This document shows, piece by piece, positions 19,490 to 28,385 of a DNA stretch of 64,000 nucleotides; within the stretch, counting starts at the first letter, position 1; each line of letters opens with the position of its first letter. This DNA is from Candidatus Saccharimonadota bacterium (GTDB taxonomy: Bacteria; Patescibacteriota; Saccharimonadia; Saccharimonadales; 2-12-FULL-41-12). The stretch lies in assembly GCA_022842995.1 (NCBI GenBank), contig JALHOM010000005.1, positions 6,503 to 70,502 on the forward strand, written 5' to 3'. Made by a program: the position numbers and the translations under genes. The notes below the pieces were generated by a model. The model had not been told where the DNA came from, searched no databases, and saw only the letters and a program-made list of their open reading frames with translations.

Positions 19490-21064
19490 TTATTTGGCGG
19501 CGGCAATTTTTGATAGTGGCCGGGATGACTTATCGCCGATCAGCCGTTTATAGGCTAATTCAGCGCTGATCAGGCACATAGGCATACCGATACCCGGCAC
19601 GGTCGTTGCTCCTACGTAGAGCAGGTTGGGAATTTTTGGATGCTGATTATTGGGCCTAAAAATGGCGGTTTGCTTGAGCGTATGGGCAAAGCCGAGCGCC
19701 GTGCCTTGGTATGAGTGATAGTCGCTTTCGAATTCTTTGGCCGTGTAGAGTTTTTTGTAAACAATCTTATTCTTAAACCCTGGCATGCGGAGTTGGCGTT
19801 CCATGGTATCGAGGATTTTCTCGGCATAGTCTTGGTAATCTTGTTCGCTAAATTTGAGCGTTGCTGGCAAGGGGACCAGTGCGAAGATATTCTCGTGGCC
19901 TTTCGGGGCGACCGAAGGGTCGGTTTTGTTGGGGTTACAGACGTAAAACGAAGGATCATCGGGTAGTGCCTTCGTGTCGAATATCGCTTTGAAATTTTTG
20001 TTCCAATCTTTTGAAAATACGAGGTTGTGATGCTCGAGTTCTGGATATTCACCTTCAATACCCAAGTACATCAACAAAGCACTGGGCGCCATTGTGCGCT
20101 TGCCCCATGATTTTGCACTAAACTCTCGGTGCCCACTGTCGAGTAGCTGTGTATCGGTAAAGTGTCGGTCGGCGTTACTGATGACAATGTCTGCTTTAAG
20201 TTCTTTGCCTCCCGCTATAACGCCGGTTGCCCGTCCCCCGCTTACCTCTATCGACGAGACAGGAGAACTAAGGTGAATCTTAACCCCACGGTCTTCACAT
20301 AATTTTGCCAGACTTTTTGTGAGCTCGTATATTCCGCCCATAGGGTAGAAAACGCCTTGCTTGAAGTCGACATGAGACATGATGTTGTAGAGTGCTGGGG
20401 TGTTTTTAGGGCTCGCCCCTAAGAAGACGACGTGGTAGAGCAGGATTTTTTGTAATTCTTTTGAAGTGAATTTCTTAGAAACGTATTTTTCTAAATTACT
20501 TAACACGTTAAGCTTTAGGCCTTCGGTCATCATTTGCGGTGTCATAAAGTCACGCACAGAGTCATAGTTTTTGTATAAAAAACGCTCCATGGCAATCTTG
20601 TATTGTTTTGATGAACTGTGGAGGTATTTTTCTAGTTTTTCGACCGCTTGAGGCTCGAGGGCTTCGAGAGTTGGCTTATCTTTAGTCAGGTTACCGTGGA
20701 TTTTAGTAAGGCCAATTAGGGTGTCCTTAAAAACGACCTGATAGCTCGGGTCAAGTCGGATAAGATCAAGATGATCGTTAATGTCTTCGCCAAGTAGCTT
20801 GAAATAATGTTCAAAGACGTCGGGCATGAGATACCAGCTCGGGCCAGTATCGAACCGGAAGGTATCTTTTTTTGGTTTAGCACTTATCGACTGTTCTCGC
20901 CAGATGCCGTTTTTATCTTTGCCGACCTCTATCATCCCTGCGCGGCCACCGATGTGGGCGTTTTTTTCGAAGATTTCAACGTCAAATCCGGCCTCTGCGA
21001 ATAGTGCAGCGCTCGATAGACCGCCGTAGCCTGATCCAATGATGATTACTTTACGCTTCGGCAT
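19490..21064 (-). CDS. crtI: phytoene desaturase family FAD-dependent oxidoreductase
   Basis: N-terminal dinucleotide fold VIIIGSGYGGLSSAALFAEAGFDVEIFEKNAHIGGRA. CrtI-like length (524 aa) and C-terminal GTxPGxG-like VGATTVPGIGMP. Confidence 0.8.
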   Translation of the reverse strand: MPKRKVIIIGSGYGGLSSAALFAEAGFDVEIFEKNAHIGGRAGMIEVGKDKNGIWREQSISAKPKKDTFRFDTGPSWYLMPDVFEHYFKLLGEDINDHLDLIRLDPSYQVVFKDTLIGLTKIHGNLTKDKPTLEALEPQAVEKLEKYLHSSSKQYKIAMERFLYKNYDSVRDFMTPQMMTEGLKLNVLSNLEKYVSKKFTSKELQKILLYHVVFLGASPKNTPALYNIMSHVDFKQGVFYPMGGIYELTKSLAKLCEDRGVKIHLSSPVSSIEVSGGRATGVIAGGKELKADIVISNADRHFTDTQLLDSGHREFSAKSWGKRTMAPSALLMYLGIEGEYPELEHHNLVFSKDWNKNFKAIFDTKALPDDPSFYVCNPNKTDPSVAPKGHENIFALVPLPATLKFSEQDYQDYAEKILDTMERQLRMPGFKNKIVYKKLYTAKEFESDYHSYQGTALGFAHTLKQTAIFRPNNQHPKIPNLLYVGATTVPGIGMPMCLISAELAYKRLIGDKSSRPLSKIAAAK

Positions 21065-21109
21065 TGCTCTCCTAGCGGGGTCTGTATTTATTAAATGTAA
21101 AACTTAACG

Positions 21110-21442
21110 TTGAGCTATATAATACCAGGGATGGACCAGCTGCTCTATGGGATAATCTTGGTATTTTCACTTCTCGGTCTTGGGTTTGCCGATTATAGGC
21201 ACAGGCTAGTCTTTTTTTATCAGCCAAAAACCGCGCTTCGGTTGTATTTATTATTCCTCGGATTTTTCTTGTTATGGGACGTTGCCGGGATCGTGAGCGG
21301 TGTCTTTGCCACTAATCCGGTGTATGTTAGTGGGGTGTACTTTTTTAGCCCAGATATGCCTCTTGAGGAGTTATTGTTTTTGAGTTTGTTTTTTTATAAT
21401 ACGGCTATCGCTTGGAGGCTTGTATGGCGACATATTTCTTAA
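21110..21442 (+). CDS. lycopene cyclase domain protein, small subunit 1 (CrtYc/CrtYe-type)
   Basis: About 100-aa three-TM protein, first of an overlapping pair beside crtI and a UbiA prenyltransferase. An alternative ATG lies at 21131. Confidence 0.7.
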   Translation: MSYIIPGMDQLLYGIILVFSLLGLGFADYRHRLVFFYQPKTALRLYLLFLGFFLLWDVAGIVSGVFATNPVYVSGVYFFSPDMPLEELLFLSLFFYNTAIAWRLVWRHIS

Positions 21443-21720
21443 TCGGCCTACCTTTTATTGCGGCAGTCCTTGTTGTTGATATTTGGATATTAAAAACTCG
21501 GGTCGTAAAAAAGCGCCAAACATGGATGGTGATGCTGGTTTTGATGATCATGACGGCAATCTTTGACCAATATCTAACCGGGCGGCCGATTGTTTTATAT
21601 GACGACTCACTGCGTAGTGGCATAACGATCGGCTATGCGCCAATTGAGGACTTCATGTACACCTTTGCCGCCGTCATTGGGCTTGGTTCGATCATGAAGA
21701 AGTTCGGCATGCTGGAATGA
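21424..21720 (+). CDS. lycopene cyclase domain protein, small subunit 2 (CrtYd/CrtYf-type)
   Basis: About 100-aa three-TM protein with PIEDFMYTF (the PxE(E/D) cyclase motif). It overlaps both neighbours. Confidence 0.7.
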   Translation: MATYFLIGLPFIAAVLVVDIWILKTRVVKKRQTWMVMLVLMIMTAIFDQYLTGRPIVLYDDSLRSGITIGYAPIEDFMYTFAAVIGLGSIMKKFGMLE

Positions 21721-22589
21721 AGCTCGATATTCGAAGACTGGCGATAGTTAGTCGACCGTTTTGGTGGGTCAATACTGGTGTACCGTTTCTGGCAGGAGCT
21801 TTGCTAGCCGATAATAATCTTAGCCCGGCTCATATTGTCGGGTTTATCTATTTCTTGGTCATCTATAACCTGCTTATGTATGGGGTGAATGACATTTACG
21901 ACTATGAGTCGGATATTAAAAATCCGCGGAAAAACGGCTCGATAGACGGCTCGGTTCTTGATAAAAAATTACATTCCAGGCTCTGGGTAATCATGCTGGC
22001 CCTCAATGTTACCTTTTTAGCCTATTTTGTCTGGATAGGCAGCGCGGTATCCTCGTTATTTTTGCTTGCCATGGTTTTCTTGGTGTTTGCTTATAGCGTT
22101 AAGGGGCTTCGCTTTAAAGAGCGACCAGTTCTTGATTCGCTGACCTCGGCTTTTCATTACGCGTCGCCGTTTTTGTTTGGACTTTTACTACTGGGTGAAA
22201 TTGGCGAGTGGTGGGGCGTATTTATCGGGTTTTATCTCTGGGTATGTGGGAATCATGCTTTTGGTGCCATCCAGGACATTGTGCCGGATAAAAAAGCCGG
22301 GATTTCGTCTATCGCCACCAAACTTGGCCCTCAGGCGACACTATTTTTTGTGATTAGCATGTATGTATTTGCTGCGGCAAGTTTTCCGGTAGTTTATGGA
22401 GCGGTTGGCTTGCTGGGCAGTATTGCCGTAGCGCCGTATCTTTTGTTTGCTCTGAAATGTCTGCCAGATAGAAATCGGAGTATTTCACCGCGTTTTCGCC
22501 GGTATTGGCGGTACTTTTTATATGCCAATTACGCCGTTGGGGCGCTTGGAACAATGACAGTTGCCCTGTATTTAGCTATAATTAGATAA
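21717..22589 (+). CDS. crtEb: UbiA-family prenyltransferase, lycopene elongase type
   Basis: SRPFWWVNTGVPF, YGVNDIYDYESDIKNPRK, LRFKERPVLDSLTS and GAIQDIVPDKKAGISSIAT closely follow the CrtEb/LyeJ pattern as I recall it from Corynebacterium CrtEb. ATGA overlap with the upstream gene. Confidence 0.8.
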   Translation: MKLDIRRLAIVSRPFWWVNTGVPFLAGALLADNNLSPAHIVGFIYFLVIYNLLMYGVNDIYDYESDIKNPRKNGSIDGSVLDKKLHSRLWVIMLALNVTFLAYFVWIGSAVSSLFLLAMVFLVFAYSVKGLRFKERPVLDSLTSAFHYASPFLFGLLLLGEIGEWWGVFIGFYLWVCGNHAFGAIQDIVPDKKAGISSIATKLGPQATLFFVISMYVFAAASFPVVYGAVGLLGSIAVAPYLLFALKCLPDRNRSISPRFRRYWRYFLYANYAVGALGTMTVALYLAIIR

Positions 22590-22594
22590 TATTC

Positions 22595-23563
22595 ATGAAA
22601 AATGTTCTTGTAAGTTTACCAAAGCCATTTATGGTTTTGGCGCCGATGGATGATGTCACCGAGACGGTTTTTCGCCGTGTCGTTCAGGCCTGCGCGCCAG
22701 CCGATTTGATGTTTACGGAGTTTGTTAATGTCGACGCGCTCTGTTCGGCTGGTCGGACGGCGGCTTTAAGACGCCTGAGATTTGAAACCGCCGAAAATCC
22801 CCTGATTGCTCAAATTTGGGGAAAAACTCCAGAAAATTTTTACACCGTAGCTAATGAGCTGGTAGATATGGGCTTTGACGGGGTTGATATAAATATGGGT
22901 TGCCCTGATAAATCGGTGGTAAAAAACGCCGCGGGAGGTGGCATGATTAAATATCCCGATCAAGCGCTAGAGGTAATACGTGCCACACGCGACGGTTTGG
23001 CTGGTCGGTTGCCGCTGAGCGTTAAGACGCGGATTGGCTTTAACGAATATGACGAAGCTTGGCTCGGGGCAATTTTGAATGAAAAACTTAACATGTTAAG
23101 TATTCATCTTCGAACAGTGAAAGAGATGTCTAAAGTTCCTGCACACTGGGAATGGGCTGGCCGCGTTCGCACTTTACGCGATGAGTTGTCCCCCGACACC
23201 TTACTGGTTGGTAACGGTGATGTGACGAGTTATGCAGAGGCGCAAAAACTAGCGCTGAAATACGGATATGATGGAGTGATGATCGGTCGTGGGGTGTTTT
23301 ATGACCCTTTTGTGTTTGCCAAAGAGTCACCATGGCCTACGCTGAGCGCCCGCGACAAAGTTCTGATTTTTAAAAAGCATGTTCGCCTGTTTCGGGAAAC
23401 GTGGCAAGACGGTGAGCGTCCAATCGCCCCGCTCAACAAATTCTGCAAGATCTATGTCAATGATTTTCCGAGCGCCAAAGATTATCGAGTTCGACTGATG
23501 TCATGCGGTTCAGCTATGGAACTCGAGACCACCATCGACCAGATACTAAAAGAGCTGGCTTAA
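22595..23563 (+). CDS. dus: tRNA-dihydrouridine synthase
   Basis: LAPMDDVTETVFRR, DINMGCP and a TIM-barrel FMN pattern. Confidence 0.85.
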   Translation: MKNVLVSLPKPFMVLAPMDDVTETVFRRVVQACAPADLMFTEFVNVDALCSAGRTAALRRLRFETAENPLIAQIWGKTPENFYTVANELVDMGFDGVDINMGCPDKSVVKNAAGGGMIKYPDQALEVIRATRDGLAGRLPLSVKTRIGFNEYDEAWLGAILNEKLNMLSIHLRTVKEMSKVPAHWEWAGRVRTLRDELSPDTLLVGNGDVTSYAEAQKLALKYGYDGVMIGRGVFYDPFVFAKESPWPTLSARDKVLIFKKHVRLFRETWQDGERPIAPLNKFCKIYVNDFPSAKDYRVRLMSCGSAMELETTIDQILKELA

Positions 23564-23607
23564 TTAAGTTTTTTGAAAGCTCGGTATCGATTTATTTCCG
23601 AGGTTTT

Positions 23608-23949
23608 TTAAGAGTACTTATTGCCCCAGGTGGCCATTTGTATGAGGATGGTCCGCAAGTCCGCACCTTTTTTGGTGAGGTTGTATTTGTAGCGCGGTGG
23701 ATGTTCGCAGTAGCATTTTTTCGAAATAATGCCTTGATCTTCGAGGCCACTGAGCCGAGCACTCAGTGTGCGAGGACTGATACCGGGCAGAGACGAGGCA
23801 AGTTCGCTGAAAGTTTTGGAGTCTTCGACCAGTTGCCCAAGAAGCAGTGGAGACCACTTGTCGCCAAGGATTGCCAGGGCCGCTTGAATACAGCCTGGTT
23901 TGGCTTCTACCTTAGGGCACATGGTTTTTGCGTCGGTTGATGTATTCAT
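23608..23949 (-). CDS. HxlR-family winged-helix transcriptional regulator
   Basis: CP-x-AALAILGDKWSPLLLGQL...SPRTLSARLSGLEDQGII. Divergent from an FMN reductase gene. ATG at 23949 is preferred over the ORF start at 23979. Confidence 0.8.
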   Translation of the reverse strand: MNTSTDAKTMCPKVEAKPGCIQAALAILGDKWSPLLLGQLVEDSKTFSELASSLPGISPRTLSARLSGLEDQGIISKKCYCEHPPRYKYNLTKKGADLRTILIQMATWGNKYS

Positions 23950-24055
23950 AGTTATTCCTATTTTATCACAAAAATGCAAGTCACTTTACATTTTATAGCA
24001 AGTAACTATATAATGTATATACACTAACCATGAAACAGATAAAGAAAGGGATATA

Positions 24056-24622
24056 ATGAGTTTAAGAATTGGAATTATTGTTGGTAGTACTCGTCCGGGA
24101 CGCGCTGGAAAAGACGTTGCCGAATGGTATCACGCTAAAGTTACAGAAACACCAGATGTGGAATATGAAATTGTCGATTTAGCAGAATTCGGATTGCCAC
24201 TTCTTGATGAGGCTATGCCGGCAGCCATGGGACAGTATCAGAACGAGCACACCAAGGCTTGGGCAGAGAAAATTGCTAGTTTTGACGGCTATGTATGGGT
24301 TACGCCGGAATACAATCACTCGGCACCTGCTAGTTTAACGAACGCCATATCATTTATTTTTAATGAATGGGGTCGAAAGCCGGTTGCTATGGTGAGCTAC
24401 GGCAGTATGGGTGGAGTCCGAGCTGCTGAACACCTGCGCGCTATCGCTGGCGAGTTAGAGATGGCCGACATCCGACTTCAGGTTGCAATCCGCAGCCCAT
24501 GGGCGATGAAAGACGAGAACGGCAATATCATTGAAGATCTTGTTTCTGGAAACCCCAACGATCAGATGCAGCAGTTAGTTTGGTGGGCACAGGCGCTCAA
24601 AACTGCCCGAGAAAACGCTTAA
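24056..24622 (+). CDS. NADPH-dependent FMN reductase family oxidoreductase
   Basis: IGIIVGSTRPGRAG and VTPEYNHSAPASL motifs of the flavodoxin-like FMN_red family. Confidence 0.8.
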   Translation: MSLRIGIIVGSTRPGRAGKDVAEWYHAKVTETPDVEYEIVDLAEFGLPLLDEAMPAAMGQYQNEHTKAWAEKIASFDGYVWVTPEYNHSAPASLTNAISFIFNEWGRKPVAMVSYGSMGGVRAAEHLRAIAGELEMADIRLQVAIRSPWAMKDENGNIIEDLVSGNPNDQMQQLVWWAQALKTARENA

Positions 24623-24624
24623 AT

Positions 24625-25629
24625 CTAGCTATAGTAAATCTTCATCAAGGCTCTGGCGACCGCATCGGCATCGTGACGAATAAGCGACCGTATGTGTGAT
24701 AGAGGGTCGTCAGGGCCAACGATCGTTTTTTTGTGAGATAAGAATTTTCCGCCAATCGGCTCGTAAGACGCTCCGATAAGATTTTGTAAATCAACTTCTA
24801 CGGGAAATTCTTCTTTTGCATAATATTGATCAAGGGTAGTTTGATCTGGTTGATCGGTGTTGTATAAAACTGCGTCTATGACGCCCGATCCAGCATATCT
24901 CTCGAGTTCCCTGACGTAATCACTCACCCCATAGCCTTTGGTTTCGTTAGGTTTGTTAACAAGGTTAGCGACGTAGACAACTTTTGCACTACTGTTTTGA
25001 AGGGCTTCGGGCACCCCGTCGACTAAAAGTAGCGGAATTAAAGACGTATAGAGACTGCCGGGAGCGATAACGATCATGTCGGCGCCCAGAATCTCGTCTT
25101 TTGCTTCTTTGTTGACGGTGGCTGGCTGTTCGTAGGACAGTTTTGGATTTTTGTCGGCTGAAATATCGGCCAGTTCTATCTGGTGCTCACCGTTAATGGT
25201 ATTGCCGTGTTGGTCGGTATAGACCAGGCGGCAATCGTCGAGCGTTATGGGCAGAACTCGGCCTTTGATACGCAGAACTTCGCCAGCCACCTTGATAGCT
25301 TCGGCAAAGTCATTGCTCTGCATTTCGATAGCGCTTAAAAATAGGTTGCCAAAGGTGTGTCCAGCCAGAGAACCATCTCCGGGAAAGCGGAAATTGAACA
25401 GTTCGCGTAGATGAGGTGAATCGCTCAGAGCCACCAGGCACTGTCGAATATCTCCGGGTGGCAGAACGCCGAGTTCATCGCGTAGTAGCCCCGTGGAGCC
25501 TCCGTCATCAGCCATACTGACGAGCGCGGTGATGTTTTGAACGTAATATTTTAAGGCTGATAAAACAGTAAAGCTACCGGTCCCGCCACCGATGACCACA
25601 AATTTAGGGGTTTTAAATGATGATTCCAT
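24625..25629 (-). CDS. YvcK/CofD-family protein (gluconeogenesis factor-like, UPF0052)
   Basis: VVIGGGTGSFTVLSALK, GGSTGLLRDELGVLPPGDIRQCL and IVIAPGSLYTSLIP. Confidence 0.8.
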   Translation of the reverse strand: MESSFKTPKFVVIGGGTGSFTVLSALKYYVQNITALVSMADDGGSTGLLRDELGVLPPGDIRQCLVALSDSPHLRELFNFRFPGDGSLAGHTFGNLFLSAIEMQSNDFAEAIKVAGEVLRIKGRVLPITLDDCRLVYTDQHGNTINGEHQIELADISADKNPKLSYEQPATVNKEAKDEILGADMIVIAPGSLYTSLIPLLLVDGVPEALQNSSAKVVYVANLVNKPNETKGYGVSDYVRELERYAGSGVIDAVLYNTDQPDQTTLDQYYAKEEFPVEVDLQNLIGASYEPIGGKFLSHKKTIVGPDDPLSHIRSLIRHDADAVARALMKIYYS

Positions 25630-25749
25630 AACATTTAATTGTACTCCTTCGTGTCAAGAGAAGGATGGATCTGAGTCACTTTGACGGTAGAAAACTTGAT
25701 TTTAGTGGTATAATATAGACTAATTATTAAAAAAGACACCGAAAAATCA

Positions 25750-27360
25750 ATGGATAAAGATCCTGCCGGGCAAAATGCCGATCCAAGACCTACAGATCCT
25801 CTACAGGCGGAGGATAAACCCTTTGGGTTTTTGAGACGCGCTGGAGTCATTTCTGGCATGGGATTGGCTGTGCTTGGGGCAGCGCCGAATTTGGTCGGAA
25901 CTGTTGGCGGTGAGGCTGGGAATGCGGTCGCTGAAGCCAGCGCTAACCCAGGTCAAGAGCATCGCGCAGGCGCCAAGCAGAACGTGGTCGTTACCGCTCC
26001 GAGTCTTAGGCAGGTTGCTGGTGAATACCCTGAGCTTTCAAAAGTTAGAAAAAACATCCGATCTTACAATGTTTTGCCCAAAAACAAGGAAAAGCGAATT
26101 GTTTTTGGCGGCGCGCTTGATCCTTCTCAAGTTAAAATCATCGGCGCACCCGCAAAAGAGGGCTACGTCGCAACAGATCAGGTGAATCGATATGCCGTTT
26201 TGTGGCAATACAAAATCGATCGAACCACAGGTAAAGAGGTAGCGATTTATAAGGCAGAAAAATTAGGTCAAAATAAGCTCAAGCTTAAAAAAGGCCAAAG
26301 ATTATTTGCCGTACGCGTATTAGAAGAGCCTGCCAAGACCGAAGCTCCAACAGGTTTGCCCGAAAACCCATCGGTAGTGTCGACTGAACCACTGCCACAA
26401 CCTCAGCCGAACCAAAATCCACCTACGCAGAATGAAATACACAATGAAACTCCAGCGCCTGAGCTTTCAAACGAGCAATTTGAAGCAAAAGAGACCCAAA
26501 AGTTCCTCGAAGAAAAAACGGTAAATCTGGAAGTAGTTAATGCCAGTGGAACGCGCCTTGGGGCCGATGCCGTCGCAACGTCCGCACATGTTTTTTATAT
26601 TCCGAAAACCGGACAGCAACAGGTTTTGGTAGAACGATATGTCGCAGACGGCAAGCACTACATGGTATTCATGCGTCCAGCGGTTGTAAGTGGCGGGACA
26701 AGTAGAGATAATTTTGAGACTTTAGGCGAAATTAAATCGGTTGCCCTGCCATTATCCGATGAAGATACGGCGTTTGTTTCCATGAATCCCGATAGGTCTG
26801 CTGTTGATATTGCCGAGGCTTATAATCGAGAAATTAAGGATAATTTGACTCAACTTCAACCGGGCGAAAAAGTCTATGCGGCTGGCTGGCCATTGAACAT
26901 TTCTGCCGGTCGAGGTACTGAGAATCTACAGCGGTGGCAAGGTGAAGTACTAGATAGGACGGCCGTAATAAGTATGGGTCCGTTGCCGAACACGCAGAGA
27001 CTATCGACGACGCTAGTTGCGTTTAAAAATAGTCAAGAGGGCTTTGCGCCAGAAGTTTGGTCTAGTGGTATGCAGCTATTTACGACTCGGGTTGAAGGCA
27101 CAGGCAGTAATCGGCGTCTAGTAACGAGAGAAATCGGAACCTATTCGGCTAAAATTGCCCTAAATCCAAGCTATAACCAAGAATTTGTAACCCGCTATGG
27201 CTTGAAACTAGACATTCTCAACAGTAACTCTACACTTGGTTTTGTTGCTCGCCCCGATGCAGCTGCTGGAAACGAAGGTCCGAGATACATGGAATATTTT
27301 GTCGTTGGGCTTGGTGATCTTCCGGCTGGTGCCACTCTTTTGACCACTCAACGACAGTAA
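25750..27360 (+). CDS. hypothetical secreted protein with possible trypsin-like (S1) C-terminal fold
   Basis: An RR-containing N-terminal region (FLRRAGVISGMGLAVLGAAP), a Pro/Gln linker, then TSAHVF...DTAFV...AAGWP...WSSGM spacing reminiscent of a His/Asp/Ser protease. The domain call is weak. Confidence 0.45.
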   Translation: MDKDPAGQNADPRPTDPLQAEDKPFGFLRRAGVISGMGLAVLGAAPNLVGTVGGEAGNAVAEASANPGQEHRAGAKQNVVVTAPSLRQVAGEYPELSKVRKNIRSYNVLPKNKEKRIVFGGALDPSQVKIIGAPAKEGYVATDQVNRYAVLWQYKIDRTTGKEVAIYKAEKLGQNKLKLKKGQRLFAVRVLEEPAKTEAPTGLPENPSVVSTEPLPQPQPNQNPPTQNEIHNETPAPELSNEQFEAKETQKFLEEKTVNLEVVNASGTRLGADAVATSAHVFYIPKTGQQQVLVERYVADGKHYMVFMRPAVVSGGTSRDNFETLGEIKSVALPLSDEDTAFVSMNPDRSAVDIAEAYNREIKDNLTQLQPGEKVYAAGWPLNISAGRGTENLQRWQGEVLDRTAVISMGPLPNTQRLSTTLVAFKNSQEGFAPEVWSSGMQLFTTRVEGTGSNRRLVTREIGTYSAKIALNPSYNQEFVTRYGLKLDILNSNSTLGFVARPDAAAGNEGPRYMEYFVVGLGDLPAGATLLTTQRQ

Positions 27361-27424
27361 AATTCGTTCGTTGACGTTATTTTAACTCAATAGTTTTTAC
27401 TGTGATTATTGAACTACGAATAAA

Positions 27425-27778
27425 TGGTGGGGGCGGCTGGACTTGAACCAGCGACCAATCGGTTATGCGTACCACTACAGCTTTCGCTGCCTTTTTCAAG
27501 TTTGCTGGTCTGGACTGTCTCTTCATCCGCTATGTATAACGGAGCCTGCCATTCAGTCTCTACACCTTCCCGTGTTTTTTACGCGACGGGCTTGGCTCGG
27601 GATTACCATATTAAAGGCTTCCCCGAATTTGACAGGATATACTTACTAGTTACCCGGTAAGCAGCCCTTTTTTATGCGACATGTCTAAGGCTGAAATCTG
27701 ATAATAAAATCAGTGCAGAATTTAGATTTAGTTACATGTAAATTGAGCCGACTGCTCTAACCACTGAGCTACGCCCCC
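27425..27778 (-). tRNA. tRNA(CAU), ileX/tRNA-Ile2-like (or elongator Met), interrupted by a group I intron in the anticodon loop
   Basis: Joined exons give the 76-nt sequence GGGGGCGTAGCTCAGTGGTTAGAGCAGTCGGCT|CATAACCGATTGGTCGCTGGTTCAAGTCCAGCCGCCCCCACCA. This is a full cloverleaf with a G1-C72 pair (not initiator-like), anticodon CAT and an encoded CCA. The D-loop and TTGGTCGCTGGTTCAAGTCCAGC match E. coli ileX as I remember it. Confidence 0.85.
27468..27745 (-). ncRNA. group I intron, subgroup IC3 (Azoarcus/Anabaena tRNA-intron type), 278 nt, no ORF
   Basis: The minus-sense sequence contains GTCAAATTCGGGGAAGCCT, TATGGTAATCCCGAGCCAAGC and GAAGGTGTAGAGACTGAATGGCAGG. These are near-identical to core strings of the Azoarcus tRNA-Ile intron as recalled. 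P3 CCTG/CAGG, P7 GACTG/CAGTC and a P9 CAGC-GAAA-GCTG hairpin are present. The 5' exon ends in U33 and the intron ends in G. Confidence 0.85.
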
Positions 27779-27842
27779 GTGTGGTTAACAGATAGAGTAT
27801 ACCAGAAAAAGAGCTCACAGTGGTATACTATATTTTGTAAAA

Positions 27843-28277
27843 ATGTTCAAAAATAAAGATCAGATCCTGGAAAAGTTTAAGCTACTGACCGATGTGCGAA
27901 ATCTCGGTTTAATTACATTTGGCGTGGTTGCGCTTTTGGTAACATGGAGTGGCGTTAAAGTAGTCCAGACCAATTATGAGCTCGATAAAAAAATTGCCAT
28001 TGCACGGCAAAAAAACGAAGTTTCGCGACTCGAAAACGAGAACCTGAAGTTAAAAAACAAATACTACGAGTCCAATCAGTACCTTGAATTAGCGGCTCGA
28101 CGACAGTTTGGTAAAGCTGCCGATGGTGAAAAACTGTACATCATCCCCGAGGAGGTTGCGCTACGTTACACGAAAGATCGTCCGGTTCAGCAAGGTCAGG
28201 CCGAACCTTTCGAGGAAAAGAAGAGTTCATTTCAGGCAAATCTTGATGCCTGGCATGAGTTTTTGTTTCGGAAATAA
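27843..28277 (+). CDS. septum formation initiator family protein (FtsB/DivIC-like)
   Basis: N-terminal TM helix followed by a coiled coil (QKNEVSRLENENLKLKNKYY...YLELAARRQFG), typical of DivIC/FtsB. Confidence 0.7.
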   Translation: MFKNKDQILEKFKLLTDVRNLGLITFGVVALLVTWSGVKVVQTNYELDKKIAIARQKNEVSRLENENLKLKNKYYESNQYLELAARRQFGKAADGEKLYIIPEEVALRYTKDRPVQQGQAEPFEEKKSSFQANLDAWHEFLFRK

Positions 28278-28385
28278 TCTCTTTAATCTAGGCTAGAAAC
28301 TACTGTAAATGTGCTTCACAGTGCATTTTAAGTTTGGGGCGGTATTGTTGTATCCAGACTGAACAATAAAACTCAGTCGGAAAGG

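Noticed and set aside
27424-27660. ORFs 27424..27660 (+, 78 aa) and 27443..27649 (+, 68 aa)
   Set aside because: They lie antisense inside the tRNA 3' exon and the group I intron. The sequence is fully explained by conserved intron core elements, and there is no SD motif.
27466-27746. Alternative intron boundaries (CTC|A... or CTCA|T..., or Azoarcus-like insertion after CAU)
   Set aside because: The shared C/A nucleotides make the junction ambiguous by sequence alone. However, only U33|C34 gives a 5' exon ending in U and an intron ending in G, and the 5' exon does not contain CAT after CT. Left as needing experimental junction reads.
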